Shown: positions 32,377 to 41,607, numbered from the stretch's first letter. The stretch is 49,193 nucleotides of DNA from an uncultured Bacilli bacterium (GCA_944349405.1 CALVMY010000099.1:1-49193), one strand, 5' to 3'. The notes: a model not told the origin generated them from the letters alone. Made by a program: numbers and translations.

Positions 32377-33468
32377 TTATAGATTTTTTAGATTGTTTAT
32401 AATTGTTGTTGCAATATTTTTAGCCCCATCTAAATCAGGACAAAGTTTTTCTTTTTCGCTCATTTTTAAAAGAAGAGATGGTTCATCAATTAATATTTTT
32501 TTTAAAATTAAGAATAATTCTTTTGGTTTTTCAGCAACAAAAGCATATCCTCTAGAAGTAGCATAAATATAATTTAATTCTTCTTGTCCCAAAAGATGAC
32601 CAGTAAAAATAATTGGGATAGAAGCCGAAATAGCTTCAAACATTATATTTGGACCGGCTTTTGTTAAAATAATATCTCCTTGTCTAAGTCGATAATCCAT
32701 ATCATTTACATATCCAAAAATATTAACGCCATCTCGTTTTGTTAAATTTTTTTCTAAATATTTTTTAAGTTTTCCATCACTTCCTGTAATAATATCGATA
32801 TTAACATCAAAAGAATAAGCAACTTCAATAAGTTTTAAAGTTGTCTTTAAAGAACGTTGGCTTGGATTAACAAATATAAGTTTTTTTCTATCATTTTTTT
32901 CTTTTTTTACTTCAATATTTTTCTTAGACAAAGGAAATCCACATTGAATAAGAGTTTCCTCTTTAAATCCATCTTTTATAAAAATATCTTTTGTTTCTTT
33001 AACTGGTAAAAAATTTAAATCACTTCTTTTATCTCTCCATAAACTTGAATGTTTGACTGGATCAAGAACTACAACATAAAAAGGTATTCTTCTTTTTGTC
33101 TTTTTCAATACTTTAATAATAGAACCTACAAAACAGGGATGTAAAGAAACGATTAAATCAGGCTTATATTCATCTAAAAGTTTAAAGGTGTGATGCTTTA
33201 TTGCTTGATAAAGAAAATAATTCGATATTTTTCTAAAAAATGAGGAAAACTCAAAAAAGATTTTCCAAACCAAACGAAAACGAGTCGTTAAATTAATATA
33301 ACCTTGTTCTCCGCTACCTTCCTTATAACCTAAAAATAGTTTATTAGAATCATAATCATTTATATTCAAAGTCGGATCGATTTCGAGAAAAGCAGCTTTA
33401 ATAGCATTAGAGGCACTTCGATGGCCTCCGGTTTTACCCGCTGTTAAAAGAAGAATCTTTTTATCCAT
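32377..33468 (-). CDS. GT28-family glycolipid synthase (MGDG-synthase/UgtP-like diacylglycerol glycosyltransferase)
   Basis: N-terminus ILLLTAGKTGGHRSASNAIKAAF matches the MGDG_synth N-domain pattern (S-x-GGGH-x-x-AA-x-A-hydrophobic). 363 aa. Confidence 0.65.
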   Translation of the reverse strand: MDKKILLLTAGKTGGHRSASNAIKAAFLEIDPTLNINDYDSNKLFLGYKEGSGEQGYINLTTRFRLVWKIFFEFSSFFRKISNYFLYQAIKHHTFKLLDEYKPDLIVSLHPCFVGSIIKVLKKTKRRIPFYVVVLDPVKHSSLWRDKRSDLNFLPVKETKDIFIKDGFKEETLIQCGFPLSKKNIEVKKEKNDRKKLIFVNPSQRSLKTTLKLIEVAYSFDVNIDIITGSDGKLKKYLEKNLTKRDGVNIFGYVNDMDYRLRQGDIILTKAGPNIMFEAISASIPIIFTGHLLGQEELNYIYATSRGYAFVAEKPKELFLILKKILIDEPSLLLKMSEKEKLCPDLDGAKNIATTIINNLKNL

Positions 33469-33480
33469 TAAAGTCTCTAT

Positions 33481-33837
33481 TTATAACATGGCTCCTGAAG
33501 AAGCAGCTAAAACGATAATAATAATTTCGATAAGGTAAATAAATGCAAAAAGAGCAGATAAACCAACAGAAATCCATCCACAAATCATTCCAACAGTTGC
33601 AACATGATATTTATGATGTCTTTCGTTTAAAACTTTTTTTGCATTCTTCTCATTTTTTATTGCAAAAATTCCTAATATAAAGCCAAAAACAAGTGTTGAA
33701 AATAAAATGCTTAAGCAACCAAGAACTATTGAAACTACAGCGCTATTTTCGGCTTCAATAATTTCAGGAAGTGGTTTGTCGACAAAAACACGGTCGCCAT
33801 CTCTAACTTGGCCATTATAACTTTCAAATTCTTCCAT
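33481..33837 (-). CDS. Small membrane protein, DUF4190-like
   Basis: 118 aa with two hydrophobic hairpin segments (VVSIVLGCLSILFSTLVFGFILGIFAI ...). 12 nt upstream of the GT28 gene. Confidence 0.4.
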   Translation of the reverse strand: MEEFESYNGQVRDGDRVFVDKPLPEIIEAENSAVVSIVLGCLSILFSTLVFGFILGIFAIKNEKNAKKVLNERHHKYHVATVGMICGWISVGLSALFAFIYLIEIIIIVLAASSGAML

Positions 33838-33982
33838 AAATACCCCTCCGATATTAAGTGTTTATTGAATTTATTTTATTTTTTAATTTTCAAAATAATA
33901 AAATTTATTCTAAATAAATATTAATATAATTTTTATTTTTTAAAAATAATGTTATTAATTAAATACACAACTTTATTATAGT

Positions 33983-34942
33983 TTATTTGTTTAAAAATTC
34001 TTTAATCTTATTATCGTATTCTTCTAAATTCGAGGAGCGTACATGTGAATGTCTTCCGTGAGCAAAAAACACTAACTCGCTTAAAGGATTTTTAGAAGAG
34101 ATATAAAGTTTTTCACAAAGATTATGAGGCGAAAATATATCTTCTTCGCTATAAATTAAAAGAACAGGGCACTTCAAATTTTTTAATGTTTCAATTGGTT
34201 TATTATTAAAAAAACTAACTCCAGTATAAATTCTTGCTAAAAGAAAAGTTAAATGAAGCATTGGAAACGGTTTCTTTTTATAATGAATAAAATTTTGCTT
34301 AAACATTTCAAAGTATGTTGCAAATAAGCCTTCACCAACTATCTTTTTTACTTTGTCATATCCTTTTTCTTCTAATTTTTTAGTTGCAAATATAGCAGTT
34401 GCAGCACCAATACAAATCCCGTGAAAAACAAAACTTTCAATATTAAAACGTTTTTCAACATATTCCATCCATGCGATGATATCTTCACTTTCTTTTATTC
34501 CACCAGTTTGATATTTTCCATCACTTAAACCATGAGCACGTAAATCAACTACTAAGATGTTATATCCTTCTTCAGCATAAGGTTTTGCAAAATAATAACT
34601 ATAAAGAAGTGATTCCGTTCTTCCTTGCAAAATAATTGCACATTTTTTTGAACCAAAATCAATATATTCACCTTTTTGAAGCAATCCATCATGCGTTATT
34701 TCTAAAGGAATTCTTTTGTCATTATAAGAATTAGCCCAAGCAATTCCTTCTTTAAACATTTTAACTTGATCATCATCCTTTTTATTAGTGCATTCCCTTA
34801 TTCTCTTTTTTCTTGGGTTTCTATAAATGGTATTATAAAAAACTACGTGAGGAACAAGAATTAACATCACGAGAAGGTTAAATAAAATAAAGGCTGCAAT
34901 AACTATTAAAGTTATTTCCCGCCAACTCAATGGATTGCTCAT
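33983..34942 (-). CDS. Membrane-anchored alpha/beta-fold hydrolase with a Cys in the nucleophile elbow
   Basis: N-terminal TM and an alpha/beta hydrolase layout (ILQGRTES..., VVDLRAHGLSDG). The elbow reads HGICIGA (G-x-C-x-G) rather than G-x-S-x-G. Distal HGRHSH. Confidence 0.6.
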   Translation of the reverse strand: MSNPLSWREITLIVIAAFILFNLLVMLILVPHVVFYNTIYRNPRKKRIRECTNKKDDDQVKMFKEGIAWANSYNDKRIPLEITHDGLLQKGEYIDFGSKKCAIILQGRTESLLYSYYFAKPYAEEGYNILVVDLRAHGLSDGKYQTGGIKESEDIIAWMEYVEKRFNIESFVFHGICIGAATAIFATKKLEEKGYDKVKKIVGEGLFATYFEMFKQNFIHYKKKPFPMLHLTFLLARIYTGVSFFNNKPIETLKNLKCPVLLIYSEEDIFSPHNLCEKLYISSKNPLSELVFFAHGRHSHVRSSNLEEYDNKIKEFLNK

Positions 34943-35877
34943 AATTTTTTAATAATTCCGTTAAGAACCTCTTTTTCGTAACTTAAATCAGTAATTTTAC
35001 CTCCAAAATAGAAGGCAACATATAGTCCTGGACCACAATTTATACCAGTGTTAGGATAAATATTTGAAACAATTACTTCGCGTGGGCCGATTTCTTTCCT
35101 AATCATATCAGCAACGATTTCGGCTTGTTTTCTACGTAAAGTTTGAGAAACTAAAATGACTTGTTCTTTTGGATTTTTGATAGTTTTTTTAATATATTCG
35201 ATAACAACTTTATAAGTTTTATCAATTCCATTAACTTTTCCTAAAGGAGTAACCATCCCTTCCGAACTAAAATCTCCTAATGGTTTAATACCAAAAATAT
35301 TACCGAAAAATGCTTTAGCATTACTGATTCTGCCTTTACTTGCAACCCGGTTAAGATCATCAATAGGCCCCATTTGATGGAGACATTCTCTTTCTTGCTC
35401 TAAAAGTTTATAGTTCTCTTCAATACTTAATCCTTCATCACGATGTTTAGAAGCAACAATTGCAATACTACCAACCCCTAAAGAATAACGACGAGAATCA
35501 AGAACAAGAATTTTCCTAGATGGATATTCTTCCATTAATTCCTTGGCAGCTTGATTAGCAATTTTATAAACAGCACTTAAAGCACTAGAAATAGTAACAA
35601 CAAGAATATCTAATCCTTTTTCAATCCATAACCTCATTCTTTCTTTAGTTTTTTCTAGCCCAATCGCAGCTGTTTTATATCCATTAGGATTTGCTTTTAA
35701 TTTTTTATAAAAATCATCAAAAAAAGCATCATCTTCTTCTTCAAGATTACCTTCCATATTTTCTTGTTCAGGAGTTGAAATTACTCCACGAAGATAATCA
35801 TCAATTTTAAAACGTTTGCGAAGTTCTGGAGAAAGATCGCTTGTTGAATCAGTAAGAATTGCATAACTAAAATCCAT
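34939..35877 (-). CDS. DegV-family fatty-acid-binding protein (FakB-like)
   Basis: Starts AILTDSTSDLSPE (the DegV T-D-S-x-x-D signature) and is 312 aa. A 4-nt overlap couples it to the downstream hydrolase. Confidence 0.75.
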   Translation of the reverse strand: MDFSYAILTDSTSDLSPELRKRFKIDDYLRGVISTPEQENMEGNLEEEDDAFFDDFYKKLKANPNGYKTAAIGLEKTKERMRLWIEKGLDILVVTISSALSAVYKIANQAAKELMEEYPSRKILVLDSRRYSLGVGSIAIVASKHRDEGLSIEENYKLLEQERECLHQMGPIDDLNRVASKGRISNAKAFFGNIFGIKPLGDFSSEGMVTPLGKVNGIDKTYKVVIEYIKKTIKNPKEQVILVSQTLRRKQAEIVADMIRKEIGPREVIVSNIYPNTGINCGPGLYVAFYFGGKITDLSYEKEVLNGIIKKL

Positions 35878-35888
35878 ATTTTACCCCC

Positions 35889-36863
35889 TTAAATTTTTAA
35901 AGTTACACGATTAACATAGTCTAAACAATTATTATCTTTTAAAGAATAATTTTTTTGACCTAATGTTTCATTAATATATTTTGTAATTTCATCAATAGAA
36001 CGAGTTTTAATTCGTTTTGATAAAATTCTTACTTCAGGAATTTGTCCTGCGGCAAATGATGTTAATGTTGTAATATGCACATCGACTACTTCATTTGCTT
36101 TATTAATATAATGACCAAATTCAACGACTCTATCATCATCTAAATAAATTGCATAATGATGATAAAATCCTATATTTATTCTAATTACATCTCCTTTTTT
36201 AATCTCTTTATAACTGTAGCACATTTTAAATTTAGCTGCTTTTTCGCGTTTTAATTCATATAGTAATTTTAAACATTTATTTTTTATTTCTTCATTAGCA
36301 TTTATTAATTGATTACGAGAAGAATCGTTCTTCTTTAACATTGTTGGATAAATTGGTTTTCCAATTTTAAAATGAACCCTTTTAAAAATTCCATAGTTAA
36401 AATCCGAAATAACAGGGATTATAGGAGCGCCACTTTCTAAAGCAATCAAAAGGTATCCGTTTTTAAAATCGCCAAATTCAAAAAGTTTTTTATTAAAAAA
36501 ATAATCACCTTCAGGAAATACTAATAAACTTTTCTTTTTATTAAGTAAGGAACAACTTTTTACTATAAAATTATATTTTTCTCCTTTTAAATCAACTAAT
36601 ACGGCGCCTAAAAGAAGCATAAACGGTTTAAAAATTATTTGAAAACCATGATACCAATCAGCGGCTAAAAAATATAATCTTCGAAAGAAAAATAAATAGG
36701 CTATCGCAAGAGGATTTAATCCGCTTTTATGATTAGAAACAATTATAGCTCCTTTAGGGAGCTTAAATTTTTTTCCTCCTTCATAACTTATTTTGAATTT
36801 AAAAAAGAGTAGGGCAATAGGCAAACCAATTATAAGAGCTAAATAGTACATTATAGTTTTCAT
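35889..36863 (-). CDS. Fusion of a PlsC-type (lysophospholipid) acyltransferase with a C-terminal LRAT/PLAAT (NlpC/P60-like) Cys-His domain
   Basis: N-terminal TM, then acyltransferase blocks VSNHKSGLNP (H-x4-N), FPEG and APIIPV. The C-terminal ~110 aa carry GDVI...YHHYAIYL..VVEFGH and NNCLDYV, the His-box/NC-motif pair of LRAT-family enzymes. Confidence 0.6.
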   Translation of the reverse strand: MKTIMYYLALIIGLPIALLFFKFKISYEGGKKFKLPKGAIIVSNHKSGLNPLAIAYLFFFRRLYFLAADWYHGFQIIFKPFMLLLGAVLVDLKGEKYNFIVKSCSLLNKKKSLLVFPEGDYFFNKKLFEFGDFKNGYLLIALESGAPIIPVISDFNYGIFKRVHFKIGKPIYPTMLKKNDSSRNQLINANEEIKNKCLKLLYELKREKAAKFKMCYSYKEIKKGDVIRINIGFYHHYAIYLDDDRVVEFGHYINKANEVVDVHITTLTSFAAGQIPEVRILSKRIKTRSIDEITKYINETLGQKNYSLKDNNCLDYVNRVTLKI

Positions 36864-38773
36864 TGTTTGTTCCTAATTTTATTATAAAAATCTTCTGGAG
36901 TTCTTAAAGAGTCTTCTTTTTCAAGATTAATAGTAATATCAAAGGTTTTTTCTATACTTACAAGTAAAGACATGTATCCTAATGAATCGCCACCTAAATC
37001 AATAAAATAATCACTATCTTTTTTTATATTACTAATTTCTTTCCCTAGACTTGCCTTAAATAAGTCTTCGATTAAAAGTAAAGTCTCATCTTCTTTAGTT
37101 TTATTTATCGTTTCTTTTTTTATATTATTTAGTGAGAAAAAATGAATTTTATCTTCTTTTATAGCTTTTCTTAATTGAGCACGAGACATTTTTATAGCTT
37201 CATGATTTGTAATATCATCATAAGTTAATAAAATGTCATTTACATTATTTCCGTATTTAATTTTAGATAATAAAGGTCCGATTGAGTCTACTTCTTTTTC
37301 TATTAATAAATGAGGAGTGTCTTTTTTATATTGAATTATTAAAGAGAGTTTCCCTTTTAATTCAAGAACGGAAAAAGATTCAGCTAAAGACAAATTAATC
37401 TCTTTTTCTATAAGGTCAGGAGAAATATTTTCCCCGTTTTCTCCAATAAATAAATCGTCTTTTCTTCCTTTTATTAAATATTTTCCATTTTCATAAGAAA
37501 ATAAATCTTTTGTAAAAAATTTTTCTATTACTTCTTCTTTTCCATTTAAATAAATTATTCTTTTTGCTAAGCTAGTTCCTTCAATATATAAAATTCCGTC
37601 TTTATCAATACTATAAGAAACACTTGGAAAAGGCTCACCAACTGAACCGTCAATTCTATTAGAAAATTTAAGTGAAAGATTAGCTCCAGTAATTGATGCT
37701 TCTGTTGTTCCATAACCATTAAAAAGAGGATAGCCAATTCCGTTGATTATTTTTAAAACGTTAGAATCTATATAAGAGCCGCCCGAAATCATAAAACGTG
37801 GAGATTCTCCAAAAGCTTGAATTCTGACTTCTTTTAAAAGCAAACGTGATAATTTTAATGCTAAACGTGGAAAATAATCCCCTATTTTGGAAACTAAATT
37901 AATCGCTTTATTAAATGCTTTTTTCTTTTTTTCTCCAGCTGAATTTACTCCTTTTTTTATTCCTTCATAAAGTTTATTAAAAAGGAGGGGAGGAGCAAAA
38001 ATATGGGTAATTTCATGCCTAATTATTGTAGCGCGTATTGTTTCAGGTGATAAATCGTTAAAAAAAACGATAGTTCTATTAAAAAAAGCAAACCGTAAAT
38101 AAGAAACCATAATACCAAAAATATGAAAAAAAGGTAAAATTGCAGCCACCTTTATTCTCTTATGAAAATCTTCCATAAATAAAGGGTTTTTGGCAATAAT
38201 TTTATCGCTATTTAATATTTCTGAAGCAATTGAAGATCCTTCATATACAACTATTTTTGCTTCTAGACCAGTTAAACTTGAAGATAAAGCAAAAGTATTA
38301 GCCCAATTATTATTTTCTAGTTTTCCTTCAATATTATTTTTTAAAATTTCTTCAATATCTATTTTTATATAAGATTCAAAATCATTTGATAAAGTAATAA
38401 TTTTTTTAATATTTAATCTATCAAGCAACCTAATATTAAGATCTAAAGGATAATATCTATTTATTAAATAAGGGGAATATCCTGCCATCAAACTTCCCCA
38501 AAAAGCGATAATAAAAAACGGACCATTAGATAAGTCTATTCCGATATATTCATCCTTTGTCATTTTAAATGAACTTTTTAGATATAGTGCAAATTTTTCG
38601 ATTTCTTTTTCTACTTCTTCATATGTTTTACTTTCCATATCAAGATTGTTAAGTCTTTCATAAGCAATCATTTTTTTGCGACAAAAAACTATCGAATAAA
38701 TATCTTTTAATTCTTTTTTTGAATTTTCTAATAAATTCAAATTATATTTAACAGTAGCTCGATAGTTTTCCAT
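36860..38773 (-). CDS. Long-chain-fatty-acid-type adenylating enzyme fused to a C-terminal phosphopantetheine carrier domain
   Basis: ANL-superfamily cores LPFFHIFG, ISGGS, NGYGTTEAS and IKGRKDDLFIGENGENISP. The C-terminal IDLGGDSLGYMSLL is a PP-binding motif (the Ser is the 4'-PP attachment site). The P-loop core is divergent (SSSLTGLEAK). Confidence 0.7.
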   Translation of the reverse strand: MENYRATVKYNLNLLENSKKELKDIYSIVFCRKKMIAYERLNNLDMESKTYEEVEKEIEKFALYLKSSFKMTKDEYIGIDLSNGPFFIIAFWGSLMAGYSPYLINRYYPLDLNIRLLDRLNIKKIITLSNDFESYIKIDIEEILKNNIEGKLENNNWANTFALSSSLTGLEAKIVVYEGSSIASEILNSDKIIAKNPLFMEDFHKRIKVAAILPFFHIFGIMVSYLRFAFFNRTIVFFNDLSPETIRATIIRHEITHIFAPPLLFNKLYEGIKKGVNSAGEKKKKAFNKAINLVSKIGDYFPRLALKLSRLLLKEVRIQAFGESPRFMISGGSYIDSNVLKIINGIGYPLFNGYGTTEASITGANLSLKFSNRIDGSVGEPFPSVSYSIDKDGILYIEGTSLAKRIIYLNGKEEVIEKFFTKDLFSYENGKYLIKGRKDDLFIGENGENISPDLIEKEINLSLAESFSVLELKGKLSLIIQYKKDTPHLLIEKEVDSIGPLLSKIKYGNNVNDILLTYDDITNHEAIKMSRAQLRKAIKEDKIHFFSLNNIKKETINKTKEDETLLLIEDLFKASLGKEISNIKKDSDYFIDLGGDSLGYMSLLVSIEKTFDITINLEKEDSLRTPEDFYNKIRNKQ

Positions 38774-38779
38774 TATTAT

Positions 38780-40303
38780 CTACATAACCCCAATAATTAT
38801 GTGCGGTTTTTCTTGTCCTCCAGGAAAATAAGTGAATTCAACATCATCATTTTCTGTGAAAAATGAAGTAATTGTATCTACATCGTATTCATCAATTTCT
38901 TTTCCACCAAAAGCAACTACTGTTGAATATCCTTTAATTCGATTAGGTGATAAATAGCGTTCAAGTTGAGATCTTAAAGAAACATTTTTATCAATCTTAA
39001 ATTCAATCGTTTTTACTTTATTAACTATTTCGAGGTTCTTTTTAAAATCATTAAAAGTTCCATCAAACATTGAGGAGGCAATCTTGAAAAAAGTATTTAC
39101 TATTCCACGACATTCAACAACAACAAAGTTATTATAATGGCCCCGCCAAGCAATAGATTTAAGTTTATCTTCAATTTTTTTATCAGCACTAAAGAAAATT
39201 GTATTTTCTTTATAATATGGTTCGATTAGAGATTTTAATTCATCTTCACTAGGTTCATGACCGTGAGGAATTGTAAAACAAGCATCAGCTCCAATTTTTT
39301 CAAATAAAGAGGCAATTTGTTTTCCATAGGTAAAACAAACAACAGCATAGTCTGAATGTTTTCTTCTTTTTAATTGATTAAATTCTTGGGTTAAAAATAA
39401 ATCGTCTACTTTTGTTGTAACAATTGAACCAAATTTTTTAAAAATATTAATTACATTGTTTGGCCCATTAGTATGAATATGTACTTTTAATAAATTACCA
39501 TTTATTGCTAAAACTAGCGAATCTCCTCGCCCTTTTAAAAGATCAGAGTAGTATTCATAGTTATAATCGTCTTTAAGATTAATTGTAAATTCTGTGCAAT
39601 AACGAAAAAAAGTTAAAGGAGTATCTGAATTAGCATTTCTTTTTGGAAGAACACCACTCTCTTCACAATTAAAATAAGGATCATCTTCTTTAAAAGATTT
39701 TTTCATACCATCAACAACAAGATAAAATCCAAGCGCTCCACTATCAACAACATTGTTTGTTTTAAGAAGAGACATTTGAGAATTTGTTTTTAAAGTGCTT
39801 TCAAAAACACATTTGCTAAAAATTTCAAAAAATTTATCAAATGTTTGATTTTCAATATTTTTAAAGATTTCTAAGGACTTTTTTGCTCCTTCTCTCATAA
39901 CAGTTAGCATTGTTCCTTCGGCTGGATTTACTACTGCGGCATAAGCAATTTTATAAGCATGAACTATAGCGTTTTTAAAATCCTCAATGCTAATCGATTC
40001 TTTTCCTTTTAAATATTCGCTTAAACCAATAAAATATTGCGAAAGAATAAAACCACTATTCCCTCGACTATCTAAAGACATACTATGAGCAAATTTAAAG
40101 AGCAAATCTCCAGCGTTTTGTTTTTCGTCTGTAGCAACTAATCCTTTATGAAAAGATTGCTTCATGTTTGTTCCGGTATCACTATCACTTACTGGAAATG
40201 TATTAATATCATTTAAATAACTTTCATTATAAGATAGACTCGTAAAAGCCATTCTAAACATATGATAGAGGCTTGCTCCATCAATAACATTGTTTCTATT
40301 CAT
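38780..40303 (-). CDS. DAK2-domain fatty-acid kinase, FakA-like
   Basis: N-terminal DhaL/Dak2 motifs FPVSDSDTGTNM and DSRGNSGFILSQ. 507 aa, with a C-terminal region the size of the FakA DegV-like domain. Confidence 0.65.
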   Translation of the reverse strand: MNRNNVIDGASLYHMFRMAFTSLSYNESYLNDINTFPVSDSDTGTNMKQSFHKGLVATDEKQNAGDLLFKFAHSMSLDSRGNSGFILSQYFIGLSEYLKGKESISIEDFKNAIVHAYKIAYAAVVNPAEGTMLTVMREGAKKSLEIFKNIENQTFDKFFEIFSKCVFESTLKTNSQMSLLKTNNVVDSGALGFYLVVDGMKKSFKEDDPYFNCEESGVLPKRNANSDTPLTFFRYCTEFTINLKDDYNYEYYSDLLKGRGDSLVLAINGNLLKVHIHTNGPNNVINIFKKFGSIVTTKVDDLFLTQEFNQLKRRKHSDYAVVCFTYGKQIASLFEKIGADACFTIPHGHEPSEDELKSLIEPYYKENTIFFSADKKIEDKLKSIAWRGHYNNFVVVECRGIVNTFFKIASSMFDGTFNDFKKNLEIVNKVKTIEFKIDKNVSLRSQLERYLSPNRIKGYSTVVAFGGKEIDEYDVDTITSFFTENDDVEFTYFPGGQEKPHIIIGVM

Positions 40304-41096
40304 AACTTTTTATTCCTCTATTCTTATGAAATTTTTTATATTCTCTTTTTAATTGACCAAGCATATTAGCTCTTGCAAGAGTTTCAAAACACATTCCAAA
40401 AGCATGATCACCAAGTAAATGAACCATGCCCGAAGCAACTTTTACTCCAAGCATTTTTGCTTTGCTATGCCAAGTTGAACCATAATGATGTATAGATATA
40501 GTATTAGGAGTAATTTTTAATTCTTTGGTAATATAGTGTTTAGGAAAAAAGTATTCACGTGGAAGCAAAATAACATCATTATTAACGATTCTTTTTTTAC
40601 CATCAAGTTTTATATTATACAGTCTTTTTATCGAAGCAGAAAAATTTAAAACACATAACATGTTGCTTTTTCGATCTATTTTTTTACATGGTTTTTCATA
40701 GCGACTAAAAACTTCTTTCATAATTGGATGCCCTTTTTTAGAACCTAAAACAGCGCATCCGAACCAACAATTAGTTTCGTATCCAATAAAAAAAGAATAA
40801 TTATTTACTAACTCATTAAAACTTTTTAATAATTCAACATCAGTGTCTAAATATATTCCACCATAATTTAATAAAGCCCAACTTCTTATTACATCAGCGG
40901 CAATAGCGTAATTTTTTGCTTCAACAGCTTTTTTTACCCATTCATTAGAATTTATATCAAACGTTTTTTCATTCCGTTCATAAAATTTATAATCAGGAAG
41001 TAATTCTTTCCGCTTTTCAATAAATATTGCAAAACGTTCTGGTATTTTATTCCCTCCTAACCATACGTAATGTATGTTTTTTTCTATAAGTCCCAT
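40296..41096 (-). CDS. GT32-family (Gly_transf_sug, DXD) glycosyltransferase
   Basis: IHYVWLGG at the N-terminus, AADVIRSWALLNYGGIYLDTDVE (DXD motif). 266 aa; first gene of the operon. Confidence 0.7.
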   Translation of the reverse strand: MGLIEKNIHYVWLGGNKIPERFAIFIEKRKELLPDYKFYERNEKTFDINSNEWVKKAVEAKNYAIAADVIRSWALLNYGGIYLDTDVELLKSFNELVNNYSFFIGYETNCWFGCAVLGSKKGHPIMKEVFSRYEKPCKKIDRKSNMLCVLNFSASIKRLYNIKLDGKKRIVNNDVILLPREYFFPKHYITKELKITPNTISIHHYGSTWHSKAKMLGVKVASGMVHLLGDHAFGMCFETLARANMLGQLKREYKKFHKNRGIKSYE

Positions 41097-41567
41097 GGTA
41101 AAATGTTACAACCAAAAAGATTATTCTTCAACTTATATTTATTAATAAATCATTTATTAAATAGGTAATTTCTTTATTTTTTTACTTAATTTTATTTTCT
41201 TTCTTTTATAAAGATATTTTTAATCTCGGATTAAAAATATAATTATTTTATTAAATAATTAAGAAAATTGTCTTTTTTAATTAAAGATAAATATTATCCT
41301 ATATCATTAATAGGTATTAATACTTTTTTGCTATTTCATCATTTATCTCTATATAAGGATTAGATATAAAGAAAATATTTTTAATAGTTTATTAAGTTTC
41401 ATATTTTTAAGACTTCCTTTTTAAGAAACAATTATTAATCTTTATAATCTAAATTTAAAAAAATATTTTATTTACAATTGAAGAAATAATTAATCTATAG
41501 CTTATAGGAATAAATATCACTCTTTTGACATTAAAATGTTTCATATTGATTAAAAAAATATAATTTA

Positions 41568-41607
41568 CTTTATAAAAGAAAAGAAACGACTTTAAATGTC
41601 GTTTCTT
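41568..41607 (-). terminator. Rho-independent terminator of the alcohol dehydrogenase gene
   Basis: Perfect 10-bp stem 41581-41590 AAGAAACGAC with 41598-41607 GTCGTTTCTT and a 7-nt loop. The T-rich tail on the minus strand is TTCTTTTAT. Confidence 0.7.

Noticed and set aside
38190-38372. 60-aa plus-strand ORF inside the adenylase gene
   Set aside because: It is an antisense shadow ORF.
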